Shown here piece after piece: positions 30,026-43,536 of a stretch of DNA of 64,000 bases. Positions within the stretch are counted from its first letter, which is position 1. Each line of letters opens with the position of its first letter. A program made the position numbers and the translations under genes. Source of the stretch: Mantamonas sphyraenae STR306 (lineage: Eukaryota > Protista > CRuMs); the NCBI GenBank assembly GCA_026936335.1, contig JAPMXV010000029.1:124001-188000 (forward strand), given 5' to 3'. The notes beneath the pieces were generated by a model. It was not told the DNA's origin. It made no database searches and saw only the letters and a program-made list of their open reading frames with translations.

Positions 30026-33000
30026 ATGGACGACTCTCCCGAAGCTGACCTTCACAACCTCAAGCGCCACTTTGAGGGTCTCTTGGCCAGCAAGAACAAC
30101 GAGGTAAGCCCACCCACGACCCCCCCTCTTGCCTTTTCCCCACCCCCTCATCCCAACCCCCCCTGACCCCACCACCCCCCCTCCCCAACCCCTCCAACCC
30201 CGCCCCCCCCCGCCCCCTCCCCCCCCCCCCCCCTCCCAGATCGCCAACCTCAAGGCCCAACTCGGCGAATCCAACTCCACCCCGTCCCACTCTGAACCTG
30301 CCGACTCGGACGCCGCTGCCATTGCAGAGACTGAAGCCGTCGCTGTCCTTGACGAGCTCAACCAGCTCTCTGTCCTCATCAACGACGAGCTCGAATCCAT
30401 CAGTTCCTTCTTGCGCATTGAAAAGGCAAAGGTAAGCACTGTGCATATCCCCCCATTCACCAGCCAGGGCCCCCCCCCCGTGTCAGCTTCCTCCTTTCAT
30501 CCGCGACCACTTTTCACAACCGGCATCCCCCACCGCCCCGCACCTCCTCACACTCCGACCCCCCTGCCCATCGCCACAGCAACTCAAGCTCGAAAAGCGC
30601 CAAAATGTCCAAGACGCCGTTGTCTCAAAGGTACCCCTCCCTCCCACACCCTCCGCCCACCTTTTCTTTTCCGCCCACCTGCCCCCCCCCCTGCTTTTCC
30701 CTCCCAATCCAAATCCCCCCCTCCCACTCCCTCCCCCACTCCCTCCCATCCCTCCCCCACCCAATCCCCCCCCCCCCCACCACCCCCACTCACCCCTCCC
30801 CCCCCCCCTCCTCCTTCCCCCCCACTCCCAGCTCGACCACGAAGAAACAACCGGAGGTGCAATCCGAGAATCCCTCGTCCCACCCGGCGCCAGCCAGGCG
30901 GACCTCTTCACTGCCCTCAACCTCAACGGACTGGAACTCGAAGCCGACCGCCCCTACGCCATCGCCCTGGTCACCTGGGACGAGCACGAATACGACGGCC
31001 TGCAGCTCTCGGTGTACTCGCCCTCGGGGCTGGTCATGGACGAAAACGACACCCCGTTTGACGCCTGCTGGCTCGTCATGGAACACTTTGTTGAAGGCGG
31101 AGGCTACATCTGCGCCGTCTTTGACCTCGCCTTGGCTGCCGACGTGCCCGACCTCGCCTCGCTCGACCTCGTCATCACCCTGCCCCAGGGCATCGACGCA
31201 GAACTGTCCACCCTATGCCTTTCCCTGGTCCAGGTCAACAACGACGCCACCGACGAGAGCCGCCCGCACGACATTTGGCTCGAGGCCTCGGGTGGCTTTG
31301 GCAACCATTGGCTCGTCGGACGCCTCGCCCTGCAGCCCCAGTCCGCCAACTTTGACATGCTCTACGAGACACGCGTCCACTCCCTCCCGTCCGACCTCAA
31401 CTTTGCTGCCGTCGTCGAGTTTGACGAGGTCCGCTACCTCAAGCACGTCCACAAGGAGATTGCTCGCATTGTCAAGCGCAAGAACGCAACCATCCAGGAC
31501 ATCCACAGGCAGCTCAGCATGGAGCAGATCAAGGCCCGCCGCCTCGAATCCGAGCTCTCCGCCCTCACAGAGGATTACAACCTCACCGTCCAAGAGTTCC
31601 ACGGCAAAGAGGACGAGCTCAAGGCCATCAACGCCCTCCTCCGCGACCAGGAGGACTCCCTGCAGACAAAGAGCACCCAGCTCGCACAGAGTGGCGACAT
31701 AGTCGACAAGGCCCACACACGCCTCGCCGACCTCGACGCACAGCTCCTCGACGCACAGACTCAGGCCGACCAGCTTCGCACAGAGCGTGCCCAGCTTGCC
31801 GAGGAGCTTGCCATCCACGAGGCCCACCTTGCTGCCGCCGCAGACTCTGCCGAGCTCGACGCCCTCGTTGCAGACACTGCCGCACGCATTGCTGCCATCG
31901 ACACAGACCTTGCCCACTGCGCAGCCACACAGACCCAGGCAGGCGCAGACAAGGCCACCCTTGCACACGACCTCGTCCGTGACCTCGGCACCGTCCTGCA
32001 CGTCTTTGGCACCCTCAACTCAGACACTGCCTTTGCAGACGCAAACATGGAGCTCGAGTCCGCCATGGCCTACCAGGGCCCCGTCGTCCAGGTGCCCCAG
32101 GTCGGCCTCCAGCAGTATGTCTTCCAGCGTGCCGGTTTCTACGGCGACCGCGTCGCCCTCATCGACTCGGCCTCGGGCCAGCAGGTCACCTACGCCGAGC
32201 TCCAGACCATGGTCCGTCTCCTCGCTGGCAACCTCACCAACCTCGGCTTCATTGCAGGCGACACCATGGCTGTCCATCTCCAAAACACCATCCAGTACGC
32301 CGTCATTGTGCACGCCGTCGCCGTCATCGGTGGCATCGTCTGTCCCGTCAACCCGGCCCTCAGCCCCGAGCAGCTCCACTACCAGCTCTACGATTGCGAG
32401 GCACGCTTCCTCGTCACCCACCTCGAGCTCTCTGCCGCTGCCTCGGCCGCCGCAGAGGGCACCGACGTCGCACAGGTCATTGTCGTCGCCCAGAACCCCG
32501 AGCAGGAGGCCACCCAAGTCCCAGGCATCGTCTGGTACGGCTCCCTCTTTGACCCCAGCTTCCAGGCACCCGTCGTCCACATCGACTCTCAGCGCGACAC
32601 TGCGTTTCTCCTCTACACCAGCGGCACCTCTGGTCAGATCAAGGGTGTTCTCCTCACCCACCAGATGGTCATCACGGGCCTCAAGCTCACCGCAGACATG
32701 GACCTCGTCGCCAAGGACGACGTCCTCCTCAGCACCGCTCCCTTTGCCTCGCCCCTCGCCCTCTACCTCGGTCTCAACCTCGCCCTCATCAAGGGCGCCA
32801 CCCTCGTCGGCCTCAAGCGTGCCAGCATCGAAAACGTCGTCGCTGCCATCGAGACCCACCACGTGACCACCCTTCTCACCCTGCCCCCGTTCATGCAGTC
32901 TCTCGTCCGCTACCCCATCGTCCGCGACTACGACCTCTCCTCCCTCCACACCCTCATCAGCTCCGGCGCACCCATCGGCGACCAGTTCCCGCCCATGTGT

Positions 33001-36000
33001 GCCCGTCGCTTCAACGCAACCGTGTACAACGCCCACTGCCTCGCCGAGGTCGCTGGCATCCTCTCGGTCGCTCCCGTCGCCACTCCCGACGACGCCTCCT
33101 CCCCGTCCACTCCCACCGTCGGCTTCCCGCCCGCCCAGGGCGTCCAGGTGCGCATCCGCGACCCGCACACAAACGCCCTCCTCGACAGCGACGCCGACGG
33201 CGACGACGACAAGCAGCAGCACGTCGCTCCGGGCACCCTCGGCGAGCTCGAGATCCGTGCTCCCCATGTCCTGCGCGAGTACTGGAACCACGTCGATCTC
33301 ACCAACCAGGTCCTCGACACCGACGGCTGGTTCAAGACCGGCGACATTGTCGCCATCACCGACGATGGCCTCCTCAACCCTGTCGACCGCGTCGAAAACA
33401 TGATCACCTCCTCTGGCCGCCGCATCCTGCCCGCCGCCATCGAGGCCATCATCCTCACCCTCGACGGCGTCAAGGACGTCGCCGTCATCGGCAGCCCCAG
33501 CGTCCCCGAAGGCGAGGTTGTCAAGGCCCTCATTGTCTCGGACCTCTACGACTCGGACGAAGAATCCGACGAATCCGACGACGACGAGGACCAGACCTCC
33601 TCCTCCTCCTCCCCTCCTACCACCTCCTCCCCTCCTACCACCACCACCTCCTCCAACCACCCCATCCTCGACACAATCAACGCCGCCCTGGCCTCTGCAG
33701 GCATCGTCGACGCAGAGTCCAACCCCATCCACGTGCACCGCGTCGAATTCATCGACGACATCCCGCACCAAACCTCGGGCCAGGTTGTGCGTGACGAGCT
33801 CAAGAAGCGCGAACTGGACGTGCACCCCATCACCTTTGGCACGCCTGCCACACGCTCCACAGACGCTTCCAACGACACCCTCAGCGCCCTGCTCTTCCCT
33901 GCCCTCGATGCTGCCATGCCCGAGAACCTCGCCGTCGTCGACGGCTCCACAGGACGTCGCATGGACTACGCAACCCTCCTCATGGAGGTCGACCGTGCCG
34001 CGGCCAACCTCTACATGGCTGGCCTGCGCCCCGACAAGGTCTTTGCCATTGCCGCTCCCAACACGTCCCACTACGCCACCCTCTTTCTCGCATGCCTCAA
34101 GATCGGCGCCGTCTTTTGTCCCCTCTACCCGCGCAACGACGTCGACGACCTCTACGCACAGCTCATCGAGACACGCGCAGAGTTTGTGGTCACCGTGCCT
34201 GCCCTCGCCAACTCGCTCCAGCACGCCATCGAGCGTGTCAAAGCCGAAATGGCAAAGGAGGTGGAGGAGGCCGAAATGGAAGGCGACGACGATTGGTCCA
34301 ATTCCCTCCCCACGCCTCCTCGCGTGTGGGTCTTTGGCCGCTACAAGGGCTTCGACCAGTACCAGTCGCTTCTGGCCGAGGCCACCAGCGTGGAACTGCC
34401 CACGCACACGCCGCAGCCCAACGACATTGCCGTGTACATGCGCACCAGTGGCACCATGGACGAAAGCAAGATGCTGGGTCTGTCCCATCTCAACATTGCC
34501 GCCGCCCTGCGTTCCTACGCAGACTACGTCGACCCGGCCGATGTCGTCCTCCTCGGCGTGCCCATGTACAACGTGTTGGGTCTCGTCAACGGACTCCTGT
34601 CCACTCTTTACGCCGGCGCCTCCGCCGTCGTCATCCCCACCTTTGACGCCTTTGCCTTTGGCCAGCTTGCACAGGACACCCAGGCCTCCGTTGCCTACCT
34701 TGTCCCGCCCAACATCACACGCATGCTTCGCTACCCCGACCGCGACGCCCTGCGCACCCAACTCGCCTCTCTCGACCGCCTCCACGTAGGCTACGCCGCA
34801 CAGGACCTGCGCGACGCAAAGGACTTTTTCGCTGCCTTTGCCAAGCCCGTCCTGCCCGTGTTTTCCATGAGCGAAATGAGCGGCATCTGCTTCGTCATGC
34901 CCTCTTCCGTCTTCAACAAGGCCATCCAGGGTGCCCAGGACGAGTCCTCCGTGCGTGGCCAGCGCTTCGACACCAACCTGGCCGTCGGTCAACCCCTGCC
35001 GGGCATCGAGGTCATGATCACCGACGTCGCCGAAGAGCGTGACGACGGCGAACCGCGACAGCTCGGCTACGACGCACCGGGGCTCATTTGCCTGCGTGGC
35101 CAACACGTCATGCTTGGCTACCTCGAGCACGAGAGTGAAATCAGCGACGACGGCTGGCTCCGCACGGGCGACTACGGCTACGTCGACCGCGACGGCCAGC
35201 TGCACATCATGGACCGCTACCTCGACCTCATCAACTCGGACGGCTACGTCGTGTCCCCCGCCGAGATGGAGTCGCTCTTTGTCAGCCACCGTTGTGTCAA
35301 GGCCGCCGGCGTCACCTCCATCGAAAAGGTCGTCACCGACGAGCTGGGCAACGAGGACATCGAACGCTGGGTCACTGCCTTTGTCCAGCTGCGTCGACAC
35401 GCCCCGCGTGTGTCGGAAGCCTACCTGAAAAAGTGGTACAACGACAGGCAGCCACGCCACAAGGAGGTCGACCACGTCGTCATTGTGCGCTACGTGCCAA
35501 AGTCCTCCCAGGGCCGCCTCCTGCGCAAGAACCTCATCCAGCCCGAGTACATCGAAAGCATCCAGGCCGCCCTCAGCGCAGGACCGGGCGACCAGGAGAT
35601 TGGTCTGGAGGAGTTTGAGCAGATGGACGAGCTGCAACTCGACGGCGACGCCGTGCACAGCGAGGACGAAATCGAAAACCAGGACCACACCCTCGTGGGC
35701 ACCTTTGACGAGAGTGGTCCCCTGCTCATCGAGAACCTGCAGATGACCGGGGAGGCGGTGGAGGGACGCACCCTGCGTGTCACCGCCGACTTTTCCCACA
35801 CCGACGAGGCCAAGAACCAGTTCTCCTGGTGGCGCAAGAAGCCCAGCAGCAAAAAGTTCAAGCGTGTCAAGAATCGCACCACCCACGAGTACCGCCTGGT
35901 CGCCAGCGACGTCGGCGCACTCATCCAGTGCCGCGTCGTGCCGTTTGAGCGCGACTCGGGCGAGCAGGGCGCCACCGCAAAGGTGCAGAGCAGGCAGGTG

Positions 36001-36987
36001 GAACGTTCCCAGCCCGCTTTCACCCAACTGTGGGTCGAAGCAGGCATCAACCACCTTCAGCCCATGGTCATCGGCTCCAAGTTTATTGGCGGCACCCCGG
36101 GCGCACACAAGGTCGTGTGGATGCGCAAGTATGCCGACGAGGACTGGGAACCCATCCCCAGCGCAACCAAGATGGAGTACCAGCCCACCGCCTTGGATCT
36201 GCCCGCAGAGATCAAGGCTGTGGTGACCCCCGTCAACGACAAGGGCGAGACCGGCGAGCCCACCACCGTGGTTGTGGGACGCATCAAGCTGGACGAGAGC
36301 GTGCGTGCCATGGTCAAGCAGACCCAGATCAGCGGCGTGTTTGACGTGAAGAAGGTCTCGGGTGGCACGCCCCTCAAGGTCGTCTTTAACGACGAAAAGA
36401 TCAAGGTGCGCACCAAGGACGACACCACACTGGCCAAACAGGCCTTTGGGTCGGACACACGCATGTCCCTCAGCGACGCAGACGACCGCTTGTTTGTCCT
36501 CACCGTGGACGGACAAAACTTCAACCTGCAGGCCGCTTCGTCTCGCGACCGCGACGTCATGTACCTTGCGCTCACGTCGCTCAAGACCAACGCCACCGAG
36601 GGATCGTCATCCTCCTCGTCCTCGTCCTCCTCGCGCACCCCCAAGGTCATCCGCAAGGCGGCCCGTGCCACACCCATCATGAAGGCACGCAACAAGGAGC
36701 TCATGGAGCGTCGCTTTGACGTGCGCACCACCAAGCACGGCGCAGAGCTCGTGCTGCAGTTTGGCGAAAAGGTCAAGCTGCGCAACTCCATGATGGAGAC
36801 CATCGACAAGGCCCCGTTTGTCAAGACCACACGCATTCTCATCGACGAGCAAGACGACACAAAGTTTGTCCTTGACTTTGGCAAAAAGTCCCGTCGCTAC
36901 GAGCTTCGCACCCTCGACCGCGACTCGCGCGACATCATGATCCAAGCCTTCCGGGTGGCCAGCGAGCGAGCCGCTGAAAACAAATGA
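30026..36987 (+). CDS. Multidomain protein: coiled coil, two 4CL-like AMP-binding domains, two AIR9/A9-like Ig repeats, two PH-like domains (4 exons)
   Basis: Exons ~30026-30103, 30240-30431, 30580-30630 and 30832-36987. AMP motifs LYTSGTSGQIKGV/GWFKTGDI and MRTSGTMDESKML/GWLRTGDYG. A9-like TGEAVEGRTL...FSWWR...YRLVASDVGALIQCRVVP. PH-like LQAASSRDRDVM and LRTLDRDSRDIM. Confidence 0.8.
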
Positions 36988-37051
36988 AGCACATTCCAGT
37001 TGGAAAACAATGAATTCGTTTGATTCGTTTGACCCACTCCAAAAACATCAC

Positions 37052-38845
37052 TCACTGAATCGTGCCCACGCCATGCGACCCTGGGAGCGCCTCGTAGTCA
37101 TCGGAACAAGGAATGGGGTCGATCCCGGCCGTGGCCGGGCCGAGCGGGCCGCTCATGTCACGCAGGGGCTTAAACACACCGCTGTGGTGGCCACTGCGCT
37201 GGGCCACACCCTTGCGCCAGATCCACAGCAGACCCAGGAAGCCCGAAATGGAGGCACCGATGAGCACGTAGAGCAGCACATAGCGGTAAAAGTCGTTGTG
37301 GCGACACGTACCCTCACACGGGTCCAACACCTGGATGATCCAGATGGCAACACCATTGGACAGTTTGTCTGTGAACGACATGGCACCGTACACAAACGCC
37401 CCACTCTCGCTGTGTTCGCCCACAATGTCTGCCGTCATGCTCAGCGCCGTCACAAGCACCATTGCCCCGGCCACACCCAGCAGCAAGCCTGTCAGAAAGG
37501 TCCACTGCCACGCGTCGGCACTCACCAGGTAGAAGCTGAGGCCCGAGGCCACGGAAAACACAAGCCCGGTCAGAAACACCTTGTGGTTGCCCACCTTTTC
37601 GTTCAGGCGCTTCAACGCACTCGTGGCCAGGAACTGGGAGCCATACACCACAAAGGGCACCTGCGCAATGGACGTCTTGGGTGCATCAAGGGTACTCAAA
37701 AGATACAGGGGCAGGTACACCTGGCTGATGTTGACAATCAACCGCGAGCTCATGTACACGACAGCCACCTGGTAGAGCTCGGGACGGAAGAGCCAGTCAC
37801 GCCACAACACCTGCTGCGTAGCCTCCTTGACTGGGATCTGCGGCTCACGCGTGCCCACCAGGAAGAAGAGCACCATGGGTGCGCCCAGCCCCACCACAAA
37901 GTACGCCAGAATCTGAAACTGCCCTGCATCCTGCGGACCCACAGAGCCACTGCCCGAACTGTCCAGCAGCCACCAGGTCAGCACAAAGATCACCACGTTG
38001 GCAGTGATCGTAAACGTGTAGCGCAGGGAGTTGAGCAACACCCGCTCCGACTCCACCGTCGTCAGTTCTGGCACAAGGCTCAGATGTCCGATCTGTGTCG
38101 AGGCCCATCCAAACTGAAGCACGGCCACAATCGTAGAGTACATGACCATCCCCTCCCAGTTCTTGTCCTTGTGGTCCCAGACGCCCGAAATGCACGGCAG
38201 GCAATTGCCCAGGATGAACGGGAAACACGCTCCCACAAGCACACTGCCAAGCAAAACCCACGTCTTTCGCCTGTCATTGCGATTTGCACGCATACATGCA
38301 CACGCAGAGCACACACGTGGTCAATCACCACATCCCCCCGTTCCCGCACCCGGGTTGGCGTCAGCGCTTGGTTTTGCTGCTTCCTTCTTGCGCGTGGATC
38401 CACCTCCCGGCGGCCACCTGTTCCACACACCGACACCTGCCCTTGCCCCCACCGGCCACACTCACCTTCCGAAGCTATTGCTTGTTTTGTCGGAGAGCAC
38501 TCCCACCGTGGGTGTGCTGTACACAAACAAGTCAAGGTCAAGGTCCAAAGGTCCGCTCACCCGTGTCAGCTCCAGTCCGGGTGCCCAGGGCCTTTCCAGC
38601 ACCCAGCGTGTGGCAACTCACCTCAATGCGTCTGCAATCTGCCCCACCAGCATCAGCACACCCGAGTCTGCACTCGACAGCTGCTCCACGCGGTGCAGGT
38701 ACACCAACAGGTACGAGAACCAACACGCGGCGCACAAATCATTCATGAAATGCCCCACGCCGTACGAAAGACGACGCAGGGGCGACAACTTGCCACGTTG
38801 GTTCACCAACGCCTGTCGCTCTTGGTCCTTGGCCCCCATTCCCAT
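37052..38845 (-). CDS. MFSD12: Major facilitator superfamily transporter MFSD12-like (spliced)
   Basis: [53 protein letters not shown] and [17 protein letters not shown] are characteristic MFSD12 motifs. Confidence 0.85.
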
Positions 38846-38920
38846 GCACGCTGGCTACAAGTGTGTTGTCGGCTTTTCTTGGGTCCAACAGGGTTCCAAT
38901 TCGCTGCTCTGCCCCCCCCC

Positions 38921-38990
38921 TCCCCATCCCCCATCCCATCCCATCCCATCCCATCCCATCCCATCCAATCCCATCCCATCCAATCCCACA
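38921..38990. repeat. (CCCAT)n pentanucleotide microsatellite
   Basis: About 12 imperfect CCCAT/CCAAT units between MFSD12 and MARS2. Confidence 0.9.
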
Positions 38991-40887
38991 TCACAATTTC
39001 TCACAAAACCGCCAGTTCTTCGGAAAGAACAAACACGACGGGGCATGATACCCAGAGTGGGACAACTCGTCAGGCACGCGAAAGTGAAGATGGCGTGCAA
39101 ACCTCTCCGTCTGTGGAATGTCCAAACGCGTGAGCATCTTGGAAGCCGACTCGGGGACAACGGGCTGCAGTAGGATGCCAAACACGCGCAGGGCCTCTGT
39201 AGTGAGGAACAACACCGTGTTGAGCCTCTTTTGAGCGTCTGTGCTCACACACGCCTTCTTGGCCAGCAGCCAGGGCTCGTGATGGGAGAAATACTTGTTG
39301 GCGGCGTGCACCTGGGTCATGATGGCCTCCAGAGCACGTGACGTGTTCCCCTGAAGGTACAATGCATGCACATGCATGGGCAATCCACGCATAGCCTCTA
39401 CAAAAGCGTGTTCGTCCTGAAGCAGCGGTGCATACTCCGACGGATGCAACGTCGGCTGCACACCGTGTGCATTGATCCTCTGCGACGTCGACCGCGTGCA
39501 CAGGTTGCCCAGGGCATTGACCAGATCTGCATTGACCCGTGTGCGTATCAGGGTGTCTGAAAAGTCTGCGTCGTTCTCCAGGCTGCCATCACGCAAGAGA
39601 AAGTAGCGCACGGGATCCACTCCATACTCCTCAATCATCCCCTTGGGTTCCACCACATTGCCCAACGACTTTGACATCTTCCGTCCGTCCACCGTCCAGT
39701 GAGCGTGCGCCAACACATGCCTGGGCGGCTGCAATCCGGCACCCAGCAGAAACGCAGGCCAGTAGATGGCATGGAACTTTAGAATGTCCTTGCCAATGAT
39801 GTGATAGTCGGCAGGCCAGTGTTGGTCGTAGCCGTCGTCCGGGAACCCTGTGGCTGAGATGTACGACGTCAGGGCGTCCAGCCACACGTAGATGGTGTGG
39901 TCGGCGTTGTCTGGCACATCGATGCCCCACTCTGTGTTTTCTTTCCTGCGTGACACCGACACATCCAATGAGCTGCCCACTTGCGGGTCTTCAAACGCTT
40001 CCAGTGCTGCCATGGCCTCGTTCAGCCGTGCTTGCGGCAACACACTCGGCAGCGGCACAGACTCGGATTGGCCGTGTGACAGAGACAGCCACTCGCGCAA
40101 ACGAGGCACACTGGCCCCAAGCGTAAACTTGTAGTTTTCCTCACGCAGCCACGTCACAGGGTGACCCGATTCCAGCGAGATGGGAGGCTGATCGTCGCCT
40201 CGATGTTCCACCTGCGACTCCTTCACAAAACTCTCGTCACTCAGACAGTACCAACCCTCGTGGTGGCCCAGGTAGATCTTGTTGTTCTCCTTGAGCCGTT
40301 TCCACATGGCACGCACCGCACGCTCGTGCTCCGGTTGCTGCAGCGCGGTAGGAAATTGGACGGAAAGCGGAAGGGAGGCACTCGATGTCGTGTCAGCGTC
40401 CACACACACTCTCTCTGTGCACGCCGTCTCAGCCACTCGCTGTACTCACCGTGGTGCGCATGAATCTGTCGTAGGAGATGTTGGCCAGGTCGCACATGTC
40501 TCGAAACTGCGCCGAGTTGGCGTCGCAGAATGCTTGCACGGGTGTCCCATGGCTACGTGCAGCGCTGTGCACCTTGTCGCCATGCTCGTCTGTGCCCGTC
40601 ACAAACAGCGTCGGGGCTTCACACACCCGATGCCACCGTGCGATGGCGTCGCCCACAAGGGCGCTGTACAGGTGCCCAATGTGCGGAGCTCCGTTCACAT
40701 AAAACATGGGCGTTGTGATCAGTATCGACTTGTTGTTCACATGAGGGGCAATCGACGGCACAACTGTCTGTGCTCTCTCGTCTGCCTCCATGCTGCTGCT
40801 CGCTGTGTGCAGTTCCCGAGGCAGCGTCGCTTGTGCTCGCTGCACTGTCAACGTACAGCTTGCAGAGTGCGTCACACGTCGAAACAT
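38991..40887 (-). CDS. MARS2: Methionyl-tRNA synthetase, mitochondrial type (one intron at ~40355-40449)
   Basis: ITTPMFYVNGAPHIGH, GTDEHG, YVWLDAL, GKDILKFHAIYWPA and KMSKS motifs. N-terminus MFRRVTHSAS resembles a transit peptide. Confidence 0.9.
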
Positions 40888-41212
40888 TGCCGCAGCCCAC
40901 GCGTGCCTGTGTGCCCTGGTTTTTGCAACAATGATTGGTGGCAGTCGGGCACCCTTCATCTGCTCGATGCGGACGATGCGCCCGTCTTGCCAACCAACCG
41001 CAAACAAGTATGTTCAGACCTCCACGCATTCACTTTGTTCGATATCCACTGTCCACCCATTTCCCGTTCCCTCCATCATGCCCTTTACCCATATTATTCT
41101 ATCTCCCGCTCCCTCCTCCCGGCTTCCCTCCCAGCCTGCGGATCCGAGCGCGATACACGCGTTTTCTCTAACCCCAGATCCCTCTCCACCGCCTTTTCCC
41201 ACTCTCACAGCC

Positions 41213-43332
41213 ATGCAGAAGATTGCTATTGCTATCATCGTGATGCTTGCCATCAGCGCACTGGGCGAGGCCGGCTGGACTTCTGTATGTTGCTTTGTAT
41301 CCGCGTGCAGAGCAGCGCAAAACCGCCGTTTTCTGCTTTTTTCCTCTTCCGCCCTCTCTTTTTTGGGATCCACGCCGCTGACACCCTGCTTCCCTTGCCT
41401 CTCCACGTTGTTTCCCACAGGGTGAGAACAAGTTCTCCGGCAAGTCCGTCGACGAGCTCAAGTCCCTGATGGGCACCAAGATCCGCAAGGCCGGCGAGTC
41501 GTCGCTGCCGCGCAAGGAGTACAACGAAGACTACCTCTCCTCCATCCCCGAGGAGTTCGACGCCCGCAAGCAGTGGCCGTCGTGCATCCACCCGGTGCTC
41601 AACCAGGCTCAGTGCGGTTCGTGCTGGTATGTTGTTCCCCGTTCCACATTCCCTCACTTGCCCATCCCCACCTCCCCCCTCGACCACGCCGCTTCACCGC
41701 CTTGTGCTTTTGCGTGAACTCGCAAAACTCGCATGCGCGCCACTTTTCTTCCGCTTGCCCCCCCCCGCAACGGCTCTCTCGCTGACTCTTCCTTTTTAAT
41801 CCCGGACCCATGCCACCTCCAACAGGGCTTTCGGTGCCACCGAGGCTCTCTCTGACCGTCTGTGCATCGCCTCCAAGGGCGCCATCTCTGTGGTGCTGAG
41901 CCCGCAGGATCTGGTGTCGTGCGACAAGGGCAACATGGCCTGCAACGGCGGCTACCTCGACGAGGCCTGGAACTACATGAAGCGCGACGGTGTCGTGTCC
42001 ATGAAGTGCTTCCCCTACGCCTCGGGCAACGGCAACGTGCCCTCGTGCCCCGACCGCACCTGCCCGGGCCAGGGTCCCTACAAGAAGTACTACGCCGAGT
42101 CGGTGTACGACATCTCCCAGAGCGAGCACTCCATCCAGAAGGAGATCTACGACAACGGACCCATCGAGGCCGCCTTCTCCGTCTACCAGGACTTCATGAG
42201 CTACACCGGTGGCGTGTATGAGCACAAGAGCGGCTCTCTGCTCGGTGGCCATGCCATCAAGATCATCGGCTGGGGTGTTGAGAACGGCACCAAGTACTGG
42301 CTGGTCCAGAACTCCTGGGGCACCGACTGGGGTCTCAGCGGTCTGTTCAAGATCCGCCGTGGTGTCGACGAGTGCGGCATCGAGTCCAACTGCGTGGCTG
42401 GCAAGCCCAAGGTCAGCTCGTCTGCCAAGCCCCACACCCACTTTGAGGAGGAGAAGATCGTCAACGAGGAGGACATGATGGTCCTCGACGACGAGATCAT
42501 CGACGCCGTCAACAAGAACCGCAAGGCCAGCTGGAAGGCTGCCCGCAACGAGCGCTTCGAGGGCGTCTCGGTCCGTGAGGCCAAGAAGCTGCTCGGTGCC
42601 GTCGTGCCCGAGGAGGAGCTCTCCTACGCTCCCATTGTCAAGCTGCACTCTCAGGGTCTGCCCGAGAGCTTCGACGCCCGCACCAAGTGGCCGTCGTGCG
42701 TGCACCCCATCCGCAACCAGGAGCAGTGCGGTTCCTGCTGGGCCTTTGGCGCCTCGGAGGCTCTCTCTGACCGCTTCTGCGTCGCCAGCAACGGCACCGT
42801 CAACGTTGTCCTCAGCCCGCAGGATCTCGTCTCGTGCGACTCCACCAACTACGGCTGCCAGGGCGGTTACCTGCAGGCTGCCTGGCAGTACATGGCCAGC
42901 TCCGGCATCGTCGTCGACTCGTGCTACCCGTACACCAGCGGCAACGGCAACAGCGGAAGCTGCAAGCAGAGCTGCGTCGACGGCTCCACCTGGAAGCCCT
43001 ACAAGGCTGACGCCTCCACCATTGTCACCCTGACCGACGTCAACAGCATCGGTGAGGCCATCATGAGCGGCGGCCCCGTCGAGGCTTCGTTCTCCGTCTA
43101 CCAGGACTTTATGTCCTACAAGAGCGGCATCTACCGTCACACGACCGGCAGCCTGCTGGGTGGCCACGCCATCAAGATTGTCGGTTGGGGCCAGCAGAAC
43201 GGCCAGGACTACTGGATCGTCGCCAACTCTTGGGGCACCTCGTGGGGTCTCAACGGCTTCTTCTGGATTGCCAAGGGTGTCAACGAGTGTGGCATCGAGG
43301 GCAACGTCGTCGCCGGCCAGCCCCAGCTGTAA
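41213..43332 (+). CDS. Cathepsin B-like cysteine protease with two tandem C1A catalytic domains (3 exons)
   Basis: Signal peptide MQKIAIAIIVMLAISALG. Two complete sets of QCGSCWAF, GGHAIK and NSWG; the first is split by an intron at ~41627-41825. An internal propeptide (IIDAVNKNRKASWKAARNERF) separates the domains. Confidence 0.9.
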
Positions 43333-43536
43333 ATGACCACTCTGTCGTCGTCATCAACACCACCCCTGTTGTGGGAGCTGATGTGTGCCGTTGCAACCCA
43401 ATGAAAGTGTGCGTCCTCCCACAACTCCCTCCCTCCCTCTCTCTCTGTCTCTTGTCATCACCATCACATCATCACTGTCGCTGGGCCCTGCCCATGCCAC
43501 CGAAATCCACCCTACAGTACAGTCCTGCCATCCCCA

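Noticed and set aside
32020-36516. 1498-aa minus-strand ORF
   Set aside because: Antisense shadow of the strongly codon-biased AMP-binding gene; V/G/D-rich with no motifs.
38921-38990. (CCCAT)n as a telomeric repeat or CRISPR-like array
   Set aside because: A short internal microsatellite with no spacers; no CRISPR array was seen anywhere in the window.
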